Assembly (NCBI GenBank): GCA_047967505.1
Contig: CM106538.1
Reading direction: 5' to 3' (one strand)
From: Dipteris shenzhenensis
Lineage: Eukaryota
Length of the DNA stretch: 64,000 nt
Under the pieces are notes generated by a model. That model was not told the origin of the DNA and did no database searches. It worked only from the letters and a program-made list of their open reading frames with translations. The translations under genes and the position numbers were made by a program. Below, piece after piece: positions 55,161-64,000 of the stretch. How positions within the stretch are numbered: the stretch's first letter is position 1; each line of letters begins with the position of its first letter.

Positions 55161-56783
55161 AGGCATACCATGACTTTGTCACTTCTACTTGTCATTCAAG
55201 TAGAGAGGCAAAGTTGTATGACATTTTTGATCATCAGATAGATGTCATCGGCACAGTACACAAGCATCTAGACCTCTTTAGAGATGTGGTAGATTATGCA
55301 AGAGAGAAAATCAAGCCTTATCTGATCTGGCTAGACATAGATAGAGTACAGTGGGTTCCTATGAATCTCCTAATTAAGTATCGTTGGGCTGATAGCACTT
55401 TCAAGTTTAGGTTGCAAAGAATTTGCAAATCCCTTAGTCCAAAAAGTTTTAGAAGGATTTCCAAGGATGAAGAGTTGGATCAGCAACCGGGTCCTATAGG
55501 AACTGTTTTTGTATCCGTGGAAATAGCCTATTGTGTAATTCTTTTGGAAATGGAGGACACAGATGCACCTCCATTCATCAATGTAGAGCCACCTCTTCTT
55601 CTAGCAGCAACAGGGCAAGGTGTGGACATTGAGGAGAATCTTGATGTGGTTGCGAAAGCCGCCCGCTATTGCTCTAGATTTGTCTAGTGCATCTTTGGAC
55701 AAGGGAAAGCACACAGCAGAAATAGAGTAGAAATAGAGTTGGTTGTGGTTCCTGAAGTAGGTGGAAATCATCCTCCACAAGACAGCTAGAAGAGTAAGAG
55801 GAGGAAGGAGAGCAAAAGGAGGAAAAAGGTATGATGGATGAGGTTTTGATGCAAACCCTTCCATATATTTTGATTGAAAACAAATAATATTTATTATTGA
55901 TTGACATTCAATATATTAAAAATTTGAGAGAAGATGAAGTACTGGGGACACTCCCCGCTTGGGAGAGTAGTAGTAACTTAGGTCACCCAGAAGAGGGGTT
56001 GGATAGGTGCACAGATTTGGCACCTGCAAACCCTTTGGAGCATCCGATCTTAATTGTGTGGGAGGAAATGCATGACTCTACAAATGAAGCAGTTATAGAG
56101 ATGGAGTTCCATCACGTCCAAGAAAGATTGGAGGTAAAGAGGGCACAGAAACACTAGAGACTTGAGAATACTACAGAGGCCTCATCATTGGCACCACCTC
56201 CAGCAATTGATGAGAGCAAAAGCTCCATCGATATAACTCGGCCGGGAATGGATGAACAAGATGCTTCCCACATTGTGAGTTCATGATATTTTGTCAATAT
56301 GAATGAATTTATGTTCTTAGTTTGGCATTAAAACGATTACTGATGTTATCTCAATTTTTAGGACGTCATCGAAGTTGATAAGTTTGTGACACGTAAAGGG
56401 GGTCAAGGTGACAGCATCGGTGTGGATTCAGCACTAGGACACTACATGGGAATGTTCGAGTCCCATAGCCTAGTGTGTTCCATACTTCGTTCTCCCCTTA
56501 TGGAAAGGAGGAGATGATAAAGTGTAGGGCACTTTCAAAACTAGTCTCCCTTGTGCCTTTACCCCCTTCTGTGCACAAGTGTATTTTGGTGAGGTGGGAC
56601 TTGGCACTATCTACTTTTGGGGAGAAACTAGTAGGAAGAATCATGGCAGTTGCTGCTATGGGTGCTTCAGCAGGTGTTTATGATGTTGGGCAGCTTGTAG
56701 AATCTTTCAATAAACCCACTGTTTTGTCAACTCAGAGGAGAGCAGCAATAGTAGCTAAAGCTAAGCAAGCAAATATTTTGTAA
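55159..56783 (+). pseudogene. Multi-exon gene of unknown function inside the H3-carrying element
   Basis: Frame is open from the breakpoint (EAYHDFVTSTCH...LYDIFDHQ...), continues past TAG stops to KSKRRKESKRRKK|GT; further exon-like frames to 56783 (donor GTGAGT ~56275, acceptor ~56361). Confidence 0.5.
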
Positions 56784-57784
56784 AAAGTGCATCTATTGGA
56801 TGCAATATACAAGAAATATTGTATAGACATCAAAATTTAATATATATTTCTCTTGTTTTCCAGATGGGTGGTGTTTTGCATTATAATTGAGTTTCATTTC
56901 TTGGATTTTAGTGTATCCTTAATTTAAATATATAGTTGATTTTGAAGAAAAGTGCATTCCCTTATCAAAGGTTTCAAGAATTCTTCAAGTTACTACGTGT
57001 ATGAATAGACAAGATCAAGATTGTGGATGAACTCTAATGAAGATAGCAACAAAAGGTTAAATTGGATGCACAATCTCAAACCCTTCCATATTTAGATTCA
57101 TCTTGGGACTAGGAATGTTTTGCATCCCAAACCTAAAAGTAAAATAGAACAATAATATGGTGGCTAATTTAGTTATGTGCATGGTTAGTTGGAAGGATTA
57201 ATGTAAAATAAGAGGATATATGCTCCATGATTGAGATGGCAAGCTTTCACTTATGCCAATGGTTCCACATGGAGATGGCAATAATCCACACGTATACTTG
57301 GTTGATGTTTGTGTATTATCAAATTTAGATAGAGAACAAGCATATGACTGACTCAATCCTAGCATAGGAGATTGGGTTTCGACTTTTATGGAAATTGTGG
57401 CTAAGGGGTGCTATACACAATTGAAGATGTAGGCCCTTATGGTGTAAAATGTTGTAAAGTATGCTAGGAATGGCCAAAATTGCTTTAGAAGCATGCCTTG
57501 ATATTCTGAAGGGATTGGTGATGACTACAATGAAGTTTGATACAAAATGGTAAGGTTGACAAATGCACTGATAGCTATGAGCAACAATGGATTAAAATGG
57601 TTGCAATGGATTAAAATGATGTGAATAACATGACATATGAAACAATGATTCAAAGTGGGTCCCAAATTTGAATGCTAATAATCAAGATATGGGTTTATAA
57701 ATTGGGACACATTTCAAGCATGAAGAAGCGAATTGATTTGGGCAAAAATTTTGCATCTTTGATGGGAAGGTGGCCATGACATAG

Positions 57785-58044
57785 GCACTTTTTTTTGTTT
57801 TTTTAAATGTATTTGTTTCTTGTGTGTGTACTGGGTGTGTGTGTAAGTGATGGGGGATGAATCCCCCAATTAAAAAAAACAAGAAAAGCCCCCAAGAGGC
57901 CGTGGTGCGCGCAGGTGTGACTTTGGGTCAGACGAGGTCCCCGTCTAGCCCAAATTCTCGCTTGTCTGCACCAGGGCCTCTCGAGGGCTTTTTTTTGTTT
58001 TGTTTTTTTGGCATGTCTTTCTTTTGGGGCATATCTTACCCCCA

Positions 58045-58078
<34 letters not shown>

Positions 58079-58424
58079 CCATATCACACGCAAATAAACA
58101 AATACAAAAAAAAACAAAAAAAAGCCCCTGAGAGGCCCTGGTGCACATAAGCGTAACTTTGGGCCAGACGGGGATCTCGTCTGGCCCAAAGTCGTGCCTG
58201 TGTGCACCAAGGCCTCTCGAGGCTTTTTTTTGTTTTTTTTTGGGGGGATGCATTCCCCATCACTCACACACACCCGTCACACACACAAGAAAAAAATACA
58301 TAAAAAATTAAAAAAAAACCCCCGAGGGGCCCTGGTGCACACAGCCGTCTGGCCCAAAGTCGCACTAGGGACGCTCAGGGGCTTTTTTTGTTTTTGAGGG
58401 GATGCATCCCCCATCACATACTAG
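57785..58424 (+). mobile_element. Fold-back repeat ending in a Helitron-like 3' terminus; 5' boundary unresolved
   Basis: Nested inverted repeats; palindrome GGGGATGCATCCCC at 58398-58411, then CTAG (58421-58424) followed by T. Confidence 0.6.
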
Positions 58425-58720
58425 TGTCTAATCACATTTTACCATGATTATTGACTAATTACATACTAGTGAGTAATTACATTCTACCATGATTATTTGC
58501 CACCATCAACAATCAATTACATTATGTACATACATCAGATATGGAAGTAAATAATACACTACAAGATTCCACTTGAAAATGAGAGCTCAAAGTTGAAAAT
58601 CTACAAGAAAAATAGTTTTCAAAGGATTCTATTACAAAAAATATTGACAACTATCTTTGCATAAAATTGCTTTTGACAACCAAAATTAGTGTCCATAGTC
58701 AATACAACAAAAAATTTGAT

Positions 58721-59595
58721 TTATGGCCTAAGTTGTGGGTCTTCTTTGATCCGCCTTGCCACCAGTTGCATGTCTTTTACCATGATCGTAACCCTCTTGG
58801 CATGGATTGCACACAAGTTTGTGTCCTCAAGAAGCGTTATGATCGCCACTTCTGCTACTTCTTGTATGGTGGCTAGTGCGATTGATTGAATACGATAGTT
58901 GTCCTTGTAGGACTGCATGATCTCTTTCACCAATCAAGCGAACGGAGCTCTTGGTATTAGAAGGTTCACACTACTTTGATACTTTCTTATCTCTCGAAGC
59001 GTCTTCCTTCTAGGCTTTCTACGGTGTCTTCTAGGGACTCCACCTCCTCCTCCACCTCCACCTCCACCTCCACCTCCATCTCAACTCCACCTCCACCTCC
59101 ACCTCCACCTCCACCTCCGCCTTCACCTCGCCTACTGTGAGATTTGCATTTTCCTTTTTCTATGCGATGCAATCCTCGCAAAGATTTTCCACCCTATCTA
59201 GAATGTGGAAAGTCTTGACTACCATTGTGCCATGCGGGTCGTCATTGTGGGCTCTCCATTTGTGCCCTTTGTTGTTGAGCCAATTGAATCCGCATTTTCC
59301 TAGCACCTTCTTGTCCTTTGGTCCATTCTTCCAATCTGTGTCTTTTGCACTCCTATTCTTCTGGTCTGCTTTTTGGCTCTTGAGGTGCCTCAGGCTGACT
59401 CTGAGGATTGGATTGCTCCCCATGATCTTCTTCATCATCATCTATTTGCTCGTTGATTTCTATCCTCTCCTCCTCCTCCTCCTCCTCCTGCCTCCTCTTT
59501 CTTCTCTCTTCGATCATTACATTGTATACATCGGGAGGGATTGGGAGCTTTGTTTTGGAATCAACTGGTCTTCCAGTTTGCTTTGTTCTTGCCAT
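58721..59595 (-). pseudogene. Intronless long-tailed histone H3 variant (~290 aa reconstructed), copy 2
   Basis: MARTKQTGRP start; acidic, basic and poly-Gly tail; fold [98 protein letters not shown]. Four stops (TAG/TGA) and one frameshift in the GGA/GGT tract. Confidence 0.93.
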
Positions 59596-60142
59596 GTTGG
59601 TGATGGTGGGGCTATGGGAAATGTGACGGTATGAAGGAATGTACTAGTATGAGAGAGTATTGGTGGTACTGAGAAAATGAAGGTATTTGCATATATATAG
59701 GGGTATATTTATTTTGTGCATCATTATTAGTTAGCCCCCCCCCCCCTTCCCCCTTTACCCCCCCTCAACCCCTCCTCCCCCCCCCCCCCCTATTTGTCAT
59801 AGTCCCCTCGAGGTTTAACCTCACAAAATTTTAGTGTACCATGTGCATTGTAAGGAAGGGATATTTATCAAAAAAATTACTTAGTTCATCAAAACATTGG
59901 GTTTTTTCATTCAACTTTAGGAAAAATTTACTTAAAGAGGAGGGGTGTTTGTTTTGGGGGAAAAAACTTATTTAAGGGGTTTTTGAAATTCCCCTTGAAC
60001 TCCCGTGATGTCGCTCCCCCAACCTTTTCTCATCGCCTGCCCTTGTTGGGTCCACAAGTACAAAATTTAACGCTTAAAAAAAAAAAAAGAGCCGATTAAT
60101 CAAATGTCCACAAGAAATATTGAAGTGCGATTTTAATTAACA

Positions 60143-63100
60143 TCAAAGTACATTTGGTTTAGCGATCCAATGCTTTCCAACATGACTTCTGGTTGCTATC
60201 TAACTTCTATGCTTTTAGGAAGCTTTCGAAGATATCCATGAATGCCTTCTTTTACTCATTTGAGTTCGATGAACTGCTTGGGCTAACTCCGTTTGCAAAG
60301 ATTTATTCCTTGCATAGGAGGACCCGACTATACAATGATAGAACCACTCGAACATCTCATAAAGAGCATTACTTTCATTAATCCCCCCTCCATGTCATGT
60401 ACTCTTGAAATAAGCACCTCAAGCTCTATAATGAGGCTTTTCCATCCCTTGGACATGCCAAGCATTCAAGGAACCATATTGGTGGTGAAGAAACCATGGA
60501 CCATGAGCATAAAGAATGTGCTACATACATAGAAAAAAGACATGAGGTAAACAAGAATAAATTAATTGCAATTGTAATTTTGAAAATAGTAAAACCAAAC
60601 ACACCATGTAGTGAGTAATGTGTGATTCACCCTATCCATCTACCATGGCTTCAATAAACTCTTTCACGATGACTTTATATCGTCACACAACATCATCATC
60701 TATGGAAGGCTTCCTCAAGATCTTTACCAGATTATCCATTTATTTCCAAACACTTATTCTCAAGGTTCTGACATGAGGATCAACTTTCAAATTAGTGGTG
60801 CAATCACATAACTTTTTCCAATAATTCCAATGCAGATTTAATCGATGTTTTCCATGATTGGACAAAAACCTTCATGCCTTAGAGCCTCCCATGGACACTT
60901 CATTTGGAAGATTTCCTGATTTTCTAGACAATTGTGCGTCTTTGATTAGCTTTACATTCCCCCCATGTAGACCCATGCTCGAGAGTAAAGCTTCGACCCT
61001 TGCTATACATGATGCCGCTCTCTCCTCCGATTTCATGTTCCATGCATATACAATGTGCAAGTAAATCAATTTATCAATGAGCCGGATCTCCGCATCATGT
61101 AACACATAGGAATGCACTCTTTGTAATGGAATTTTTAAAATTGGATCCCAATTTTTATCGTTCTCATCTCTATTGGGTGTAGCATCCTGATTGTAGCTCA
61201 TTACTCCATTGCTCCAATACATTCGTTTGTTAGCTTCATCATCTGTGATGTCATTTATTACATTTTTAGCATTCCCAAAGTCTTTTCCTTTTTTCATTTG
61301 CTCTTTCCCTCTATGTATTCCTATGTTACTGCCTCAAGGTTGGTGTGAGTGCATACAATAAAGACACGAATATGTCACATTTGCACTCAATTTCATTCCA
61401 AACATACACTTCAATGTCTTAAGATCTCTTGCCATGTGCCATTCAACTTTAAATGATTTGAACTCTTTAACTTGAAGCAACTCTCCTTTCATTTGCGCAT
61501 CTATGACACTCGGAATTGGAGATCTGTCAAATACCCATTTTAAGAATGAGTTTGTCTCTTTGGGAATTTCAAACACAGCAAGTCACCAAATGTGATTTTC
61601 TAATTGCACACTAAAATCTTCCCTAATTTCCTTATCTTTGGCATGTCCGAAGGCTTTATTCATCAAAGTAATGCTAACCCTCTCCAACTTGTGGCCTTTT
61701 ACAACCTCACACTTATCCAATTTGATAACGAATACTAACTTTCCTTCACAATCTGAAAGATTAAAAGATTTACATGATTAGAAAATATTTCAATAAAAAT
61801 TCTAGCTCTCTAAACAATATAATTTTAGCCTACCTGTGCTTTCATGTTGTAAAACTCCACTGTTGTAGCTTGGACCCTACGTACATCCAAAAAAACATTA
61901 TTATGCTTTGTATACTTAAAGGTTCTTGGTCCTTGCTTTGCCCCTTTGGTAGTTGGTCCTCCTATCTTTTTGCTATGTTGGACATTTGTCTTCTTTGCAC
62001 CTTCCAACATCATGCTTTCTGAGATGTGTATAAATCCACCCAACAAATCTAGTACAATAGAATTTGTTTCTTTCCTTGCATTTCTAACATATACTGGTTT
62101 TGGCAATAGAGGATTCTTAATGCCTTGACCTTGAAGTGCATTTACAAAGACATTATACATAGCTAAGTACCCTTGCCGACTAATGCCAGTAGCATCACAT
62201 GCATGGATAACTTTCGATGGATCTACAAGATTCTCTAAATTAGTTGCAACCTATTGTAATATTGCATGTCGCAATGCATGCGGACGAGGGTCCCTAAGAA
62301 TCGAAATGAATTCTTTCTTCTTAACTACACTCTTTACAGCACAAAGTTTGTCAGAGGAATTTCTTCCAATAACCTCTTCCATAAAATTTCTGTAGAAATC
62401 ATGATAACATTAGAAAAATAAATGACTCATTTGTAAGTAATGCTTCATAATTAAAAATAGTCCAAATATACATACCTTGTAGCTTTCACCCTGTGTTTCC
62501 TTGCTCTACCACCATTTCCTTGCTCCACCACCATATGCCAAGCTCTCCATTGGTTGCATGGGCTTGATCCTATGCTTGTAACCTAGAGGGGTTCTTTTTA
62601 TCCTTTCTAATCTCCTAGTCAATGTAGCAAGCTCTTGTTGGATATACCAAGCCTTTTTCAACAGTTTGTTCTTCTCATTTATTAATCTTGTGATTGTCTC
62701 TTGTAACCTCTCTTTTGTAATTTTTGAGTCAGCAAGTTTTTTTGGTTCTTGGGTGAGTTGTTCTTGGAGGTTATGCACGATATCTCTAAGTATCTTTGTC
62801 TCTCCTTCCATTCTCAACAAGTGAACCTTTGCAAAGTGTGCTTCAGCATTGGAATGGCCGATGCATTAACAATATCCTACTAAGCCTTGAAGACCATCGC
62901 CTATGTATTGAATCAAACTCGTCACATTTTCAAACAAAGGTGGAGCACTTGTCAAAGGATCCATTGGATAGAGTCCACCAACACTTCATAAGTCGACATG
63001 CTTTATTCCTTGTTGTCATAATTGATCTAGTGTATCTTTGCCGACAACCTTGTGACCATAACATTAACGAGTTGTGGCATACTTTGGTGTAACTTCGATG

Positions 63101-63150
63101 TGCAAGGTGCTTTTTTGTGGCTCGTTGGTGCGATCTTCCAATGGAGCCAT
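60143..63150 (-). pseudogene. Transib/Chapaev/RAG1-type DDE transposase, copy 2 (full length, decayed)
   Basis: Probable start MAPLEDRTNEPQK at 63150; same D/D/CxxC/LH/HxxxxH/E motifs as copy 1; ends WIAKPNVL* at 60143. Confidence 0.78.
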
Positions 63151-63668
63151 GAGAGGGATTTAGAAATAAGGCCTTGGATTAGTTTAAAGAATAGAATAGC
63201 ATCAATGGAAATAAGTTTGGGACAATGGAAAGATATAATAGCATCAATGGAAGCAAGTTTGGGACAAAATGATGAGAAAAAACTGGATTTGGGTGTTGCA
63301 AAGTGCTTACGATAGAAGAGTATGAATGTGGGATTGGAAGATGATTATAGTGAGAAGGAGTAGGATTTAGATGTTGAAAAGTGATTGGGTACATAGGCAT
63401 GCTTTGGAGGAAAGTTTTGAAGAGTTTTGGGCCATTTTGGTCACTTTTGAAAATTTTCAAATTTTTGGGCTAGGGTGTACCCGCGAGATACTTTTTGGGA
63501 ATGTGGACCACCTAAAGGTTGTAAAGAGAGTTAAGTTTTTGAGAGTGGGGGGGGGCCTCCAACTGGGAGAGGGAGGCGCACTTTTGGGGACCAGCAAGGA
63601 CTTAGGGAGATGTACTGTTTAGAAGGCCTTATTAGTTCTTAATCCATTTTTGCTAATCCACTCCTTAT

Positions 63669-63695
63669 GAGGCCCTTTTTGAGTCCAAAATTCCC
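63669..63695 (+). repeat. Right 27-bp TIR of the BAH/H3/Transib-like element
   Basis: GAGGCCCTTTTTGAGTCCAAAATTCCC; weaker inverted similarity extends inward (63400-63668 vs 29313-29600). Confidence 0.8.
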
Positions 63696-64000
63696 TAATG
63701 AGCACACTTATACATATGTAGAGTATTCATGCACAATGCATGGTAAGAATGTGGAAATATGGATGTCAAACCGTGCAAATGCTATGTGATCCACATCTCA
63801 AAATTTGAAATCACAAATATCTTATTCTCATTAAGGCCTATGCAAATTATCATACCCATCGGATACATGCACATATGCTAGAAGCACATCGATGCATATT
63901 TTTAACACTCATGCATAATGCATGAATAGAATTATGGAAACATCATCAATCTACATCAAGATTTGAGAGAAAAATCATATTTCTCTCATTAAGGCATATT
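63696..64000 (+). repeat. Diverged ~180-bp tandem unit X that flanks the element on both sides
   Basis: GCACAATGCAT..TAAGAAT..GGAAATATG..TCCACAT..CTCATTAA.GCCTA at 63731-63880 and again from ~63910; same orientation as 29134-29285. Confidence 0.6.

Noticed and set aside
58721-59595. Functional host H3 or CENH3 gene
   Set aside because: Four stops and a frameshift, intronless, canonical loop-1 length, and embedded between TE genes.
59137-59634. 165-aa hydrophobic ORF (and its twin at 30663-31151)
   Set aside because: Antisense shadow of the purine-rich H3 tail.

Overview
Repeat-dense land-plant nuclear DNA (fern-like; inferred only from TE content, intron style and heavy C>T decay). The only apparently intact host gene is a 10-exon SBT2-clade subtilase (43795-48142, minus). 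Around it lie a full Ty1/copia nested in the LTR of another retroelement (1770-7320, TSD CTTAG), a 9.7-kb Sola2-type DNA transposon (13253-22943; 29-bp TIRs, 4-bp TSD, empty site visible in the window) with arrays of an 18-bp palindrome, 8-bp-TSD MITEs and a Helitron-like fold-back. The apparent inverted repeats are best explained by a direct segmental duplication followed by a ~17-kb inversion (38214-55160). Both breakpoints can be read at base level: one splits a copia RT, the other splits a gene from its TATA/ATG. Undoing the inversion reveals the main finding: a ~11-kb element with perfect 27-bp inverted termini carrying four decayed genes. These are a BAH-like (putative histone-reader) gene, an unknown gene, a long-tailed histone H3 variant that keeps K4 but lacks the K9, K27 and K36 sites, and a Transib/Chapaev/RAG1-type transposase. 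This looks like a transposon carrying its own chromatin toolkit. All TE genes here are pseudogenised, so function is inferred; all family assignments are by-eye motif matches with no searches run.
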